A stretch of 64,000 bases of DNA, from the NCBI GenBank assembly GCA_040905905.1, contig JBBDQN010000029.1, forward strand, positions 47,154 to 111,153, given 5' to 3'. The notes under the pieces were generated by a model. It ran no database searches. It saw only the letters and a list, made by a program, of their open reading frames with translations, and was not told the DNA's origin. Below, in pieces: positions 10,267-20,918 of the stretch. The DNA comes from Acidimicrobiia bacterium. GTDB taxonomy: Bacteria > Actinomycetota > Acidimicrobiia > Spongiisociales > ZC4RG35. The first letter of the stretch is position 1. Each line of letters starts with the position of its first letter. The position numbers and the translations under genes were made by a program.

Positions 10267-11493
10267 GTGAATCCCCGACGGCGCTTGACCGCCACTCTGT
10301 TTTCGGGCGCCGGCCTTGGTATGACCGGCTATATCGGCGCGGTGACCGTCTCCACCCTGGCGGTGCAGGACATCACCGGTTCGCCATTACAGGCCGGGCT
10401 GGCAACGGCCACGGCAGTGGTCGGCAGCGCAATCGGTACAAACGTGATGGCATGGTCGGTGCCTCGGCTGGGAAGACGGCCAGGAATGGTGGCTGCGTCG
10501 TTGGTGGCGGCCATTGGTGGGGTCGTAGGTGTAGTGGCTATCGATCGGGCCCAACTTTCGCTTTTGCTCGGGTCGATGTTCTTGATCGGCTTTGGCCAGG
10601 CGGCGGTCCATCTCTCCCGCTACGCCGCGGGAGACATGTACCCGACTCAGAGCCGGGCAGGGGCAATCAGCCTTGTCGTGTGGGCGGGAACCATAGGCTC
10701 AGTAGCCGGGCCGGCCTTGCTGGAAGGCTCCGCCAACGTCGCCACGGCCTTGCGACTCCCGGAACTGGCCGGTGGATACCTGGCGGCGGCGGTCTTCATG
10801 GGATTGGCCACGCTCCTCTATGCCGTGGCACTCCGCCCCGATCCTGCCCAGCTCACTGTCCTCGATGCCCCTGATACCGCGATCGGTTCGCGTCTCGGGC
10901 TGGGGGCGGGTCTGGCTCGACCCAACGTGCGCCTCGCATTGGTCGGGCTGGTTGTGGGGCAGTTGGTGATGGTGCTCATAATGACCGGAACCCCAATCCA
11001 TGTCCGCGACCACGGACACGGACTGAGTCTGGTCGGACTCGTCATTAGCGGCCATACCTTCGGGATGTTCGCCTTCTCACCACTCACAGGAAAGCTGGCC
11101 AATCGCTTCGGCAGGGTCCCGGTGATGATGGCGGGCCAGGCCCTTTTGTTCATAGCCGCGCTCTTGGCGGCCCTGGCTCCTGTTACCTCAACCCCTCTCC
11201 TCGTGACTGCCCTGTTCCTGCTGGGCGTCGGTTGGAACCTTGGGTTCGTAGCCGGCAGCGCCCTGGTGGGTGAGGGCTTGCAGCCGGCCGTACGGGCTCG
11301 TCTACAGGGAGTGGTCGACGGATTGACCTGGACGTCCTCGGCCGTCGCCGCGGTCTCCTCGGGTGCGCTGCTGCAGGTAGCGGGCTTTCAGTCGCTGGCG
11401 ATCCTGGGTGCCAGCCTGGTTTTCATCCCCGCGGTGGTCCTGTTGCGCCTCCGACGGCGGCTAGACCCGGCAGTGGCTACGGCACCGGGCTGA
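10267..11493 (+). CDS. MFS transporter
   Basis: About 12 hydrophobic segments; RLGRRP and RFGRVP loop motifs; TAGGAT 6 nt before GTG (leaderless). Confidence 0.9.
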   Translation: MNPRRRLTATLFSGAGLGMTGYIGAVTVSTLAVQDITGSPLQAGLATATAVVGSAIGTNVMAWSVPRLGRRPGMVAASLVAAIGGVVGVVAIDRAQLSLLLGSMFLIGFGQAAVHLSRYAAGDMYPTQSRAGAISLVVWAGTIGSVAGPALLEGSANVATALRLPELAGGYLAAAVFMGLATLLYAVALRPDPAQLTVLDAPDTAIGSRLGLGAGLARPNVRLALVGLVVGQLVMVLIMTGTPIHVRDHGHGLSLVGLVISGHTFGMFAFSPLTGKLANRFGRVPVMMAGQALLFIAALLAALAPVTSTPLLVTALFLLGVGWNLGFVAGSALVGEGLQPAVRARLQGVVDGLTWTSSAVAAVSSGALLQVAGFQSLAILGASLVFIPAVVLLRLRRRLDPAVATAPG

Positions 11494-11670
11494 TTCTCAG
11501 CGATGCCCAGGTAGGGCCCTAGCGTCTCAAGGCGTCATCGATCGATGGCGTCGGCTCGGGCCGCCTTGGAGAAACAAGAGCGACCCCGGGCCATTTCATC
11601 ATGTGTCACCCAACCGGGGGCGGCCATCCGTCTGTAGTGGAGAAATCTCAACATCTCACTGTGACGATGG

Positions 11671-12438
11671 ATGAAGAACCCAATGAACCGGCCCGAGCTG
11701 ATGACTGAGACCAAGCAGTCGCCAAATCAGGAACGATCCGAGCGCCTGATCGAAGAGATGCGGGTGCTCATCGTCGCCGGAATTCCCGTCGGTATGCTCG
11801 TCGCTGGCGTCGGAAGCCGGCTTGCGATGCTGCTGCTTCGAGTGACATCTCCCGACTTTGTGGTTGGCCTCACCAGCGATGACGGGTTCACCATCGGCCA
11901 AGTCACGGTGGCAGGCACTTACAACCTATTGCTGCTCGGCGCCGCGGTCGGCATCATCGGTGCTGGCGCCTACAAGATGGTCGCACCCTGGCTTATCGGA
12001 CCGACCTGGTTCCGCCGCCTTACGACTGGTCTGGGGTCGGCTGCGGTCGTCGGTTCGATGCTCGTGCACGCCGGCGGCATCGACTTCACAGTACTCAAGC
12101 CCACCTGGCTGGCGATCGGGCTCTTCGTCGCCCTCCCCGGTGTGTTCGGCACCGTCATAGGCTCGGCCGTTGATGCCGTCGGCGAGCCAGACTCGTGGAC
12201 CGCACAAGGTCGACGACGCTGGTTGCTCCCCCTCATCGCCGTAGGCTGCTTCCCTTTCACAGTGCTGTTTCTCTTCTTCGCACTCGTCATAGTGGGATTC
12301 TGGGTAGTCGTTGAGCCCTCGCCAACTCAGCGTTTGCGCAGGATCCCCGTATTCAGACATGCAGCCCGGTCCGTCTGGCTGCTCATCGCGATTGCTGGAC
12401 TCGTCGCACTCGTGAGGGACATTGAGGAACTCATGTGA
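11671..12438 (+). CDS. hypothetical multi-pass membrane protein
   Basis: About 6 TM segments; GVGSRLAM and TSDDGFTIG motifs; start uncertain. Confidence 0.75.
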   Translation: MKNPMNRPELMTETKQSPNQERSERLIEEMRVLIVAGIPVGMLVAGVGSRLAMLLLRVTSPDFVVGLTSDDGFTIGQVTVAGTYNLLLLGAAVGIIGAGAYKMVAPWLIGPTWFRRLTTGLGSAAVVGSMLVHAGGIDFTVLKPTWLAIGLFVALPGVFGTVIGSAVDAVGEPDSWTAQGRRRWLLPLIAVGCFPFTVLFLFFALVIVGFWVVVEPSPTQRLRRIPVFRHAARSVWLLIAIAGLVALVRDIEELM

Positions 12439-12476
12439 GATGAAATCGAAACCAGAGCCGACCCGGGCCCTACAAG

Positions 12477-12911
12477 TCAGTTGACAACAGCAGGGTTGGC
12501 CTTGCCCGATTCGGCGACCGCCACAAGGTTGTCAAGAAATCGAATCCACGCAGGCGTGATGACCTGGATGATCGGGTCGTCGGGGTCAAACCCTCTGTGT
12601 GTGAACAACAATCGCGTCTTGTCACCTTCGGAACCGGAGAGTTCAAATCGGATCGTCGTACCTTGCCACCAGGGCGGGCTCTGAGGGATGTGCCACTCCA
12701 CTGCGGTATCAGATACGGCAATAACCTCGAGATCAAATACAACCGGCGATGTCGGAAACGTCACATGGAAGGTGTCACCGACTGTGCCGGCGGCACCGTC
12801 GACCTTGTCGGACCACCACCCCGCAATTCCCTGTGGGTTGTCGAGCCATCGCTTCATCGCCAATGGCGGGCAGCCCGCTTCGAATTGAGCCTTGATCGAA
12901 TAGTCACCCAT
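12477..12911 (-). CDS. SRPBCC/AHSA1 domain protein
   Basis: GIAGWW, WQGTTIRFEL, LLFTHRGF, W..FLDNL pattern. Confidence 0.85.
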   Translation of the reverse strand: MGDYSIKAQFEAGCPPLAMKRWLDNPQGIAGWWSDKVDGAAGTVGDTFHVTFPTSPVVFDLEVIAVSDTAVEWHIPQSPPWWQGTTIRFELSGSEGDKTRLLFTHRGFDPDDPIIQVITPAWIRFLDNLVAVAESGKANPAVVN

Positions 12912-12931
12912 TACGGTCCTCTCTTTGGTCA

Positions 12932-12987
12932 TAATCTATTTCACTCAAGACTATATCTGCCTCCCTAATCTATTTCAACTTCGACTA
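12932..12987. promoter_or_regulatory. tandem 22-bp direct repeat, candidate ArsR operators
   Basis: TAATCTATTTCA-N5-GACTA at 12932-12953 and 12966-12987, between divergent SRPBCC and ArsR genes. Confidence 0.6.
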
Positions 12988-13002
12988 AAGTACGCCGGGC
13001 CA

Positions 13003-13317
13003 ATGGATCCGATTCAGGTAATCGCTGAGCCCCGCAGAAGGGAGATTCTTGCCCTGGTATGGGATAGCGAAATGGCGGCCGGTGACATAGCTGCCCAGTT
13101 CAACGTCACGTTCGGAGCAGTGTCTCAACACTTATCAATTCTCCGCAATTCAGGGTTCGTGACGGTACGTAGGGACGGGAACCGACGGCTGTACCGAGTC
13201 GATAAAGACCGCCTTGGACCACTCCGCGGGATTCTCGAAGCGATGTGGGCGAGAACCCTGGATCGCTTAGCCTTGGCGATCGAAGACGACCTTGCCCAGC
13301 CGGAGGATCGTGACTAA
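13003..13317 (+). CDS. ArsR/SmtB family regulator
   Basis: IAEPRRREIL...AVSQHLSILR...RRLY winged HTH. Confidence 0.92.
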   Translation: MDPIQVIAEPRRREILALVWDSEMAAGDIAAQFNVTFGAVSQHLSILRNSGFVTVRRDGNRRLYRVDKDRLGPLRGILEAMWARTLDRLALAIEDDLAQPEDRD

Positions 13318-13741
13318 GCCAATAGTCGTGGAGAAGCGAATCGCCGCTCCCCCGTCAATGGTCTACACCTATCTGACGGAGTCAGACAAATGGGCCCGCT
13401 GGCAGGGGGAAAGCGCAACCATCGAGACGAAGCGAGGAGGCGTTTTTGCTTTCTCAATGGCAAACGGCATGAAAGCTCGCGGGCAGTTCATCGAACTCGT
13501 TCCGGATCAGCGAGTCGTGTTCACGTGGGGGTGGATCGACCATCCCGACATTCCACCTGGATCAACCACGGTTGAAATCGACCTCGTCTCGGATGGAGAT
13601 GACACGCTGCTCAGGCTCACCCACCACGGGGTACCACCTGATGAAATAGCAAAACATTCCGCAGGGTGGACCCATTACCTTCAACGCCTCGCGTTGGTCG
13701 CAAGCGGGGGCGACCCTGGAGCCGACCTGGGCCCGTCGTAG
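13310..13741 (+). CDS. SRPBCC/AHSA1 domain protein
   Basis: RVVFTWGW, LLRLTH, HSAGWTHYL; GTG overlaps the end of ArsR, GGAGG RBS. Confidence 0.9.
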   Translation: MTKPIVVEKRIAAPPSMVYTYLTESDKWARWQGESATIETKRGGVFAFSMANGMKARGQFIELVPDQRVVFTWGWIDHPDIPPGSTTVEIDLVSDGDDTLLRLTHHGVPPDEIAKHSAGWTHYLQRLALVASGGDPGADLGPS

Positions 13742-13821
13742 CCCTTAAGTTTCTGTCTTGGTCGACTTCGAGTGACAACTGCGGTCTGAGGCCAATTGCG
13801 GCATCCGATCCTCGAGTCGAG

Positions 13822-14025
13822 CTAGCCCCCAGATTCGAGGAGGCGTGCAAAGCGCTCCCAGGTGAAGCTGACCGGTGACTTTTTGTTGGCGGGCCACCAG
13901 TCGACTGCCCCCTTGCTGATGTGAAGTTCGCCGAGCTTGGCGCCATCGCTTTTAATCGTGAATCGGACATCCTTGTGGAGCACGACCTTGGCGGGAAGTT
14001 CCACTTCGATGACATGCGTTGACAT
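13822..14025 (-). CDS. small (67 aa) hypothetical beta-rich protein
   Basis: AGGAGG RBS; protein-like sequence KLGELHISKGAVDWWP...FTWERFARL. Confidence 0.75.
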   Translation of the reverse strand: MSTHVIEVELPAKVVLHKDVRFTIKSDGAKLGELHISKGAVDWWPANKKSPVSFTWERFARLLESGG

Positions 14026-14111
14026 GCCGCTGGCCCTCCTTCGATCAGTATCACCGCGAGCAGGTTCGACAAACCTAGCTAACGAACAGGTGACCCGTGA
14101 TCTCCCGACGT

Positions 14112-14453
14112 CTATACGGAGGCGATGGTCCAGACGTCCAAGGCAATGGCAACGCTGAGCAGTGCCAAGACCACGCCCATGAAGGCCGTATATGACCAGC
14201 GCGCACGGTGGTCTGCGATCCAGAAGCGACGGATACCGGCGACACCCATCACCATGGCTGCGACACACAGGGCGATACTTATGGGAGCACTGAGGGTGTC
14301 GAGCAAACCGACCGTGGGTGCGAGGATCGGGATCAACAGATAGGTGATGGTGCACCGAATGCCCGACACGACGATTGCGGCGGTGGTCGACCGGCGTGCC
14401 CCGAAGATGGCATCCTTGTCGACGACGTCGCCGACGCGCAACAGCCCCCGCAT
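14112..14453 (-). CDS. small membrane protein at the end of the heme operon
   Basis: 3 TM segments, SGIRCTITY motif; start may lie nearer 14500. Confidence 0.75.
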   Translation of the reverse strand: MRGLLRVGDVVDKDAIFGARRSTTAAIVVSGIRCTITYLLIPILAPTVGLLDTLSAPISIALCVAAMVMGVAGIRRFWIADHRARWSYTAFMGVVLALLSVAIALDVWTIASV

Positions 14454-14499
14454 GAAACGTTCTATCAGCGGGCGCTCCGCGTGAAGCCGCTGGGCGCTG

Positions 14500-15951
14500 C
14501 TAATGCCTTCCCCCAAGCCGCACCGGGTGCGGGTCCAGCCGAAAGTCGCCGGTCCGGGTAAGGGCAGAAAACACCGCAACCGCCGCCCGCCGACCCGATT
14601 CGACACATTCATTGAGGCCGATGCCGTGAAAGGCTGCTCCAGCCAGAGCCAGCCCTGGATAAGGGGCCAAAGCCGATTCAGCGCGGGCCACACGGTCAAG
14701 ATGGCCCAGGGTGTACTGATGGAGGCCACCTTCCCATGATTGGGTTCTCGTCAGCACCGGTTGGGAGGTGACGCCGATCAATTCCGCCAGCTCCTCTCTC
14801 ACGACTGCCAGTAGCTGCTCCTCGCCGGCCAGGGCCAGCTCTTGGTAGTTCGCTCCTCCAACGAAAGCGCGCAGCAGCGCAAATTGCTGATTGGGAACCC
14901 TCCCCTGCCACTTCTGGGAGAGATACGACACTCCCATGATCCGTCGGCCCTCCACGGATGGGACGACGAATCCCGAGCCCAACAATTCGGGAATCTCATC
15001 AAATCGATACGCCAGCGTGACCGTAGCGGTGGCCACCTGGTGGATTCCGGCTATCGCCTCGGCCGCCTTTGGCGCTAGCTCGGATAGCAGTCGAGCGGTC
15101 TCGCGGGCTGGAGTGGCGAGAATCACACCCTGGAACTTGATCTCGGTTCCGTCCTCGAAGACCAGGCGGTAGCCGCCGCCTTCGGCAGCGGTTAGGCGGG
15201 TCACTGCCATGCCCAATCGGATGGCAACGTCCTTGAGTGCCCCGATCAAGGCGCTGGGCAGCTCTCCCATACCCCCTTTGAAGCTGGCGAAATAGCTGTG
15301 GCCGTTTCCTGGTGCCGCCTTCGATGCGGCCGACCTGGCAGCCAGGATCAGGCTGCGGTGTTCACGCTCCATCTGCAAGAAGCGAGGGAAGCTTGCCATC
15401 AGGCTCATCGTCGAGGGCTCGGCGGCGTGGATGCCTGCAATCAACGGCTCGGCTATTCGCTCGAGTACTTCACGGCCCAACCGGCGCACCACAAATGATT
15501 CGAGGCTTTCGTCTGCCTCTCGGCGTTGCCTCGGCACGACCAAGTCGGCCAGAACACGGAGCTTCCCCTTCCAGCTGAGAAGCGATGACTGGAACAACGG
15601 CAGTATTCGGGAGGGCGCCATTAGCAGCAGTCCCTCGGGGAGCGGGTGCATGTGCCCTCGCCACCAGACGTACGAACCCCGGTGCTCGGGCTGGCTCGAG
15701 ATGATCCGATTGGTGAGGCCGAGCTCGTCGGCGAGCTGGATCACAGATCCCTTACCGGCAACGAAGCTGTCAGGGCCGCCCTCGAGAAGGAACCCATCCA
15801 CAAGCTCGGTTACGACTTTCCCGCCAAGGTGGGGCGCCTTGTCGACGACCGTCACCCTCACTCCGGCCTTGTTGAGTTGGTAGGCGGCTACCAGACCGGA
15901 TAGCCCACCTCCGACCACGGCAACCGTCGGTGCCGCTCCCAAATCAACCAT
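14500..15951 (-). CDS. cgoX: coproporphyrinogen/protoporphyrinogen oxidase (HemY/CgoX)
   Basis: VVGGGLSGL FAD motif, EGGPDSF, EPLIAGIHA, GIGLNECV. Confidence 0.93.
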   Translation of the reverse strand: MVDLGAAPTVAVVGGGLSGLVAAYQLNKAGVRVTVVDKAPHLGGKVVTELVDGFLLEGGPDSFVAGKGSVIQLADELGLTNRIISSQPEHRGSYVWWRGHMHPLPEGLLLMAPSRILPLFQSSLLSWKGKLRVLADLVVPRQRREADESLESFVVRRLGREVLERIAEPLIAGIHAAEPSTMSLMASFPRFLQMEREHRSLILAARSAASKAAPGNGHSYFASFKGGMGELPSALIGALKDVAIRLGMAVTRLTAAEGGGYRLVFEDGTEIKFQGVILATPARETARLLSELAPKAAEAIAGIHQVATATVTLAYRFDEIPELLGSGFVVPSVEGRRIMGVSYLSQKWQGRVPNQQFALLRAFVGGANYQELALAGEEQLLAVVREELAELIGVTSQPVLTRTQSWEGGLHQYTLGHLDRVARAESALAPYPGLALAGAAFHGIGLNECVESGRRAAVAVFSALTRTGDFRLDPHPVRLGGRH

Positions 15952-16858
15952 GATCAGAGGTGGCGGTAACCAGATCGGCAAGGGTGTTGATCAACCCTGG
16001 GTGTTCGTTGAGACATCGACATCGGTAGAAGGCCAATCCCAGTTCGTTGGCATGCGCACGATGTTCGATGTCGTTGTCGTACAGGGTCTCGACGTGGTCG
16101 GAAATGAACCCGATCGGATCGACCACCACCGAGTCGGCACCATCTGCTGCCAGGCGTTCCATGACCTCTTCCACCGATGGCCCCAGCCAGGGTTCCCGAG
16201 CCGCGGCGCTGACGCTCTGATAGCCAAGATGCCAATCCTCCAGTCCGAGGCGTTCGGCCACCTTCCCGGCGGTGGCCAGGAGCTGACTTTTGTATGGATC
16301 ACCTTGCTCGATCATTCGCTCGGGAAGGCTGTGAGCAGTGAATACGACGGGTGTGTGCGGAGGGGCATGTTCGAGCGCCCTTGCCAGCATCTCCGCCAGC
16401 GCATCCAGGTAGCCGGGAACCATATTCCAATCAGGGCCGAAGTGGAGCCGAGGACCCTTCCCGTCGACGGCTTGTGCAACCGCAGCCTCATAGGCGTCGG
16501 TCGACACTTCGCACCGATAAGGAGCGAGGCTGATCACGGTGAGGTCCTCGACGCCCTCGGCCCCGATCTGGGCTACCGCCTCGTCAATGGTTGGGCGGGC
16601 ATGCATCATGCCGACATGCACGCTCGCTTCGAGCCCGCGCCGCTTCAGCTCCCCGGCGACGAGGACGGATTGACGCCGCGTGGTGGCAGGCAACGGCGAG
16701 CCACCCCCAATGGCCCGGTAACGGCCCATGGCAGAGACGACAACGTGGTCAGGGGGTTTCCGGCCGAGGACACTCTCCACGAAGGCCGGAACCTCGTCCA
16801 TGGTTTCCGGACCACCGAAACCAACGAGCAGCACCGTCAAACGATTGTCCTCACTCAC
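15944..16858 (-). CDS. cpfC: coproporphyrin ferrochelatase (HemH/CpfC)
   Basis: RYRAIGGGSPL, FTAHSLP, PWLGP, GFISDHVETLYD. Confidence 0.95.
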   Translation of the reverse strand: MSEDNRLTVLLVGFGGPETMDEVPAFVESVLGRKPPDHVVVSAMGRYRAIGGGSPLPATTRRQSVLVAGELKRRGLEASVHVGMMHARPTIDEAVAQIGAEGVEDLTVISLAPYRCEVSTDAYEAAVAQAVDGKGPRLHFGPDWNMVPGYLDALAEMLARALEHAPPHTPVVFTAHSLPERMIEQGDPYKSQLLATAGKVAERLGLEDWHLGYQSVSAAAREPWLGPSVEEVMERLAADGADSVVVDPIGFISDHVETLYDNDIEHRAHANELGLAFYRCRCLNEHPGLINTLADLVTATSDHG

Positions 16859-17603
16859 CTATGCACCTGCCCAAGCCTGTGGGGAGGAGCCGCTGGCCCA
16901 CATAGAACGGCCCGAATTCGGCAAAGCGCGCACTCACCTCGTCGAAACGCATCTCGTAGACCAGCTTCTTGAACTCAAGAGGGTCATCCGAGAACAGGGT
17001 GACTCCCCATTCCCAGTCGTCGAGGCCCATCGAGCCGGTGACAATCTGGGTTACCCTCCCCGCATAGCCGCGGCCTGTCCTCCCGTGGGCGCGCATGAGT
17101 TCGCCTCGCTCGGAGGCCGCCAAGGTGTACCAGTTGTCCGTTCCCTCCCGCTTCTTGCTCATTGGGTAGAAACAGATGTACGCGCTATGGGTTGGCAGCT
17201 CCGGGTAGAGACGGGCTTGCACGTAGGGGCTGTCCTCGATGTTTCCGGCGGTACCTTCGGGGGCTCCATGCCGACTCATCTCGATCACCGAGAGGTATGA
17301 GTAGGGACGGGTGGTGTAGGAGGCCAGCGTTGTGGCGTCGAAGGCTCGTTCGAGTTCGTGTAGCTGGCCGACTTCGGGCCGGAGATGAAGCATCAGTAAG
17401 TCGGCCTTGTGCCCGATTATGCAATAGGTCACGCTGCGGCCCTCCGGGGCGTCTTCCACTGTTTGGAAGGAAGCAAGGAGATCGGTGGCCTCGGCCAGTG
17501 CCTTTTCTCGTTCCGCGGCCGGCAGCGAATTCCATGCCATCCGATCGAAACTACGGAGATCGTGGAGGGCAAACCAACCTTCGAGAGTCTCGGGCGCACT
17601 CAT
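16851..17603 (-). CDS. chdC: coproheme decarboxylase (HemQ/ChdC)
   Basis: CFYPMSKKR, NWY, HGRTGR, GLDDWEWGV, MRFDEVSARF. Confidence 0.93.
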   Translation of the reverse strand: MSAPETLEGWFALHDLRSFDRMAWNSLPAAEREKALAEATDLLASFQTVEDAPEGRSVTYCIIGHKADLLMLHLRPEVGQLHELERAFDATTLASYTTRPYSYLSVIEMSRHGAPEGTAGNIEDSPYVQARLYPELPTHSAYICFYPMSKKREGTDNWYTLAASERGELMRAHGRTGRGYAGRVTQIVTGSMGLDDWEWGVTLFSDDPLEFKKLVYEMRFDEVSARFAEFGPFYVGQRLLPTGLGRCIGE

Positions 17604-18631
17604 ACGGTGGGTAGCGCTTCCGCCAAGTCACCGGTGGTGCTCTGACCGTCCCAGCCGACGACGGTCCTCACCATTGTTTCAACGTTAGTGAGAGGGGTCT
17701 CAGGCAGAATCCCATGGCCAAGGTTGAAGATGTGACCGGGGCGGTTAGCCGCCGCCTCCATCACCCCGACCGTCCCAGCACGCACTGCCTCGGGATCGGA
17801 GAGAAGTAATGCCGGATCCAGGTTGCCTTGGATGGGAAGTCTGGCCCCGATCCGGCGCCACGCCTCCCCGAGCTGGAGCCGCCAGTCGACTCCGTAGGCG
17901 GTCGCCCCGACCAGGTGGAACAGATCGAGCAGGTGGGTCGCCCCTGGAGCAAAGTAAATGGTTGGCACCCCCAGGCCGTCCAACGCTGCACGAGCCGCGG
18001 GCAGCGCCCAACGCTCGAACTGGTCGGTCGAGAGCAGGCCCACCCACGTGTCGAAGAGCTGCACGACCTCGGCGCCCGCTTCTATCTGTGCTCGCAGGTA
18101 GGTGCGCATGGCTCGAGCCAAAACGGCCAAAGCCTCGGCCGGTGGGTCGTTGTGAAACGCCCGGCGGAAATTGACGAACTGCTGGGACCCTCTCCCCTCA
18201 AGCAGGTAGGCAAGCAGGGTGGCGGGACCACCGGCGAAGCCGATCGTCGTTGTCTCTGGGCCAAGGGTGGCCCGCACCGTTGAGATGGTCTCGATGACGA
18301 ACTCAACCCTGGCCGGGTCCAGATCGCCGAGCCGGGCGACGTCAGCGACGCTGAGTGGCGTCAGCTGCGGTCCTGGAGAGAATTCGATCTCGACACCCAT
18401 GGCGGTGAGCGGCGTCATGATGTCCGAGAAGACGATGGCGGCGTCAAGGGGGAATCGGCGCACCGGCTGCAGCGTGATCTCGGCCGCGACCGAGGGAGTG
18501 CGCATGGCTTGATCGAAGGTGTACTTGCGCCGCAACTCCCGGTACTCGGGTAGATAGCGACCGGCCTGGCGCATGAACCAGATGGGGGGTCGGTCGAGCG
18601 GTTCTCGTCGAAGCGCCTGGAGCAACCTCAT
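17600..18631 (-). CDS. hemE: uroporphyrinogen decarboxylase
   Basis: PIWFMRQAGRYLPEY, FSDI, QGNLDP, FNLGHGI. Confidence 0.97.
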   Translation of the reverse strand: MRLLQALRREPLDRPPIWFMRQAGRYLPEYRELRRKYTFDQAMRTPSVAAEITLQPVRRFPLDAAIVFSDIMTPLTAMGVEIEFSPGPQLTPLSVADVARLGDLDPARVEFVIETISTVRATLGPETTTIGFAGGPATLLAYLLEGRGSQQFVNFRRAFHNDPPAEALAVLARAMRTYLRAQIEAGAEVVQLFDTWVGLLSTDQFERWALPAARAALDGLGVPTIYFAPGATHLLDLFHLVGATAYGVDWRLQLGEAWRRIGARLPIQGNLDPALLLSDPEAVRAGTVGVMEAAANRPGHIFNLGHGILPETPLTNVETMVRTVVGWDGQSTTGDLAEALPTV

Positions 18632-19938
18632 TGGGCTGCCTCCTCGATTGCCTCGACGAGCGCGTCGAGCGCGGTTTCGAGAGTTCCGTCAAGATGCGCT
18701 TCCATCAGGAACCAGGTCTCGAAAGGGGAAGGTGGAAGCAGGACTCCCCGGGTAAGAGCGGCATGGAAGAAGCGCTTGAACAGCGCCTGGTCGAGACTGG
18801 CGACATCGTCCCAATTCTGGGCGCGCTCGATTCCGATGAAAAGCCCGACCATCCCTCCGACCTGATTGACCACTCCGGGCAGGCCGACCCCCTTCATGGC
18901 CGCTCCCAGCCGTGAGGAGATCCTTTCGCCGGCGTCATCAAACTGCTGATAGAGATCGGAATGGGCAACGAGATACCGCAGAGTGGCCAGCCCCGCCGCG
19001 GTCACGATGGGGTTACCGGCCAAGGTTCCGGCCTGGTAAACCGGCCCATCGGGGGAGATCATCCGCATCAGCTCGGCCCGCCCTCCGTAAGCAGCGGCCG
19101 GCGTCCCTCCCGCCACCACCTTTCCCAAAGCGGTGAGATCGGGCGTCACTCGATAGCGCTCCTGCGCCCCACCCAACCCCACTCGAAACCCGGTCATCAC
19201 CTCATCGAAGATCAGAAGCGACCCGTGGGCATCGCACAGGCGCCGCAACCCGGAAAGGAAACCTGGGACAGGGAGAACACAACCCATGTTTCCAGCCACT
19301 GGCTCCACAATCACCGCGGCCACCCGTCCATCGGCTATCAGCTCGGCCACCGAGTCGAGATCGTTGTAACGGGCTACCCGAGTATCGGAGGCGGTACCCA
19401 ACGGCACCCCGGGGCTCGATGGCTCCCCAAATGTGGCGAGACCCGACCCGGCCTTGACCAAGAAGGCGTCCGTATGGCCGTGATAGCAGCCTTCGAACTT
19501 GATAACTGCAGGCGATCCCGTGGCCGCACGAGCGAGACGCAGTGTGGAGGCCGTTGCCTCCGTCCCCGAGTTGACCATCCGCACCACGTCGACCGAGGGG
19601 ACCAGGGAGCAGATGAGCTCGGCCAGCTCCACCTCAGTTGTGGTCGGCATTCCGAAGGAAGTGCCATTGCCCACTGCCCTGTTGATTGCCTCGACCACCT
19701 CGGGATGGGCATGGCCAATGACCAATGCTCCCCACGAGGCGATGAAGTCGATCAGTTCGGCGCCGGCAATCGTCCGAAGACGGGCGCCACGACCCGACTC
19801 GATAAAAGGCGGTGCGCCACCCACCCCCCGAAAGGCTCGCACCGGTGAATTGACTCCACCGGGCATGACATCGGTGGCTCGCCGGTACCACTGCTCGGAG
19901 GTCTGCCGGGCGCCAAGCGCCATGAGGTCTGAGGTCAT
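18628..19938 (-). CDS. hemL: glutamate-1-semialdehyde 2,1-aminomutase
   Basis: [39 protein letters not shown]. Confidence 0.97.
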   Translation of the reverse strand: MTSDLMALGARQTSEQWYRRATDVMPGGVNSPVRAFRGVGGAPPFIESGRGARLRTIAGAELIDFIASWGALVIGHAHPEVVEAINRAVGNGTSFGMPTTTEVELAELICSLVPSVDVVRMVNSGTEATASTLRLARAATGSPAVIKFEGCYHGHTDAFLVKAGSGLATFGEPSSPGVPLGTASDTRVARYNDLDSVAELIADGRVAAVIVEPVAGNMGCVLPVPGFLSGLRRLCDAHGSLLIFDEVMTGFRVGLGGAQERYRVTPDLTALGKVVAGGTPAAAYGGRAELMRMISPDGPVYQAGTLAGNPIVTAAGLATLRYLVAHSDLYQQFDDAGERISSRLGAAMKGVGLPGVVNQVGGMVGLFIGIERAQNWDDVASLDQALFKRFFHAALTRGVLLPPSPFETWFLMEAHLDGTLETALDALVEAIEEAAQ

Positions 19939-20918
19939 TGCACCTCCTGGAGGGTCCGAGCGGCGTCCAACGCGAAGTAGGTGAAGACAATTCCCGCCCC
20001 CGCCCGCACGATGCCTGTGAGCGACTCCATCATGACTCGGTCTCGGTCGATCCATCCGTTAGCGGCGGCCGCCTCGATCATGGCGAATTCGCCCGAAACC
20101 TGATAGGCGACCACCGGCACCTCAACCTGTTCCCGCACCGCCCGCACGATGTCGAGGTAGGGACCAGCCGGTTTGACCATCACCATGTCAGCACCTTCTT
20201 CCACATCCAGGCGCGCCTCTCGGATCGCTTCTCGTGAGTTGGGCGGGTCCATCTGATGAGAACGACGGTCGCCAAATGCTGGTGCCGACCCGGCGGCGTC
20301 CCGGAACGGCCCGTAATAGCCCGAGGCATATTTGATCGCGTAGGAACAGATCACAAGATCGGTGTGGCCCGCATCATCGAGTGCAGCTCTGATCGCTGCG
20401 ACCCGACCGTCCATCATGTCGGAGGGAGCCACCACATCAGCCCCGGCATTCGCATAGACAGCCGACGCCTTGGCAAGGAGAGGGAGAGTCGAGTCGTTGT
20501 CAACGATCCCCTCCCGCAGCGGCCCGCAGTGCCCGTGGCTGGTGTATTCGCACAGGCATACGTCGGCCCAGCGAACCAGTTCAGGAGCGACGGTGGCGAC
20601 CGCCTCGATCGCCCGTGGTACCGGCCCGGTCCGATCCCAAGCCGCTGAGCCCATTTCGTCCTTGTGCTCGGGGATCCCGAAAAAGATCATCCCGCCGATC
20701 CCAGCTGCCTCGGCCTCCTTGGCCAGGAGAGCCACTTGGTCGACCGATAGCTGGGCATGGCCGGGCATTGACTCGATCGGTTTCCTCACCCCTTCCCCCG
20801 GGACCACAAAGACAGGAAGCACGAACTGGGCGGGATGAAGGCGAGTTTCGGCCACTACTCGACGCAACGCGCTCTTCATCCGTAGTCGGCGGGGACGAAC
20901 GGTCGGAAAACTGCTCAC
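19935..20918 (-). CDS. hemB: porphobilinogen synthase
   Basis: [35 protein letters not shown]. Confidence 0.97.
   Translation of the reverse strand: MSSFPTVRPRRLRMKSALRRVVAETRLHPAQFVLPVFVVPGEGVRKPIESMPGHAQLSVDQVALLAKEAEAAGIGGMIFFGIPEHKDEMGSAAWDRTGPVPRAIEAVATVAPELVRWADVCLCEYTSHGHCGPLREGIVDNDSTLPLLAKASAVYANAGADVVAPSDMMDGRVAAIRAALDDAGHTDLVICSYAIKYASGYYGPFRDAAGSAPAFGDRRSHQMDPPNSREAIREARLDVEEGADMVMVKPAGPYLDIVRAVREQVEVPVVAYQVSGEFAMIEAAAANGWIDRDRVMMESLTGIVRAGAGIVFTYFALDAARTLQEVQ

Noticed and set aside
11531-11552. 9-bp hairpin after the MFS gene
   Set aside because: It relies on G-U pairs and has no U-tract; too weak to call a terminator
11604-11632. TGTCACC...CGTC resembling an ECF41/SigJ promoter
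   Set aside because: The spacer is 18 nt rather than ~16 and no ECF sigma gene is nearby
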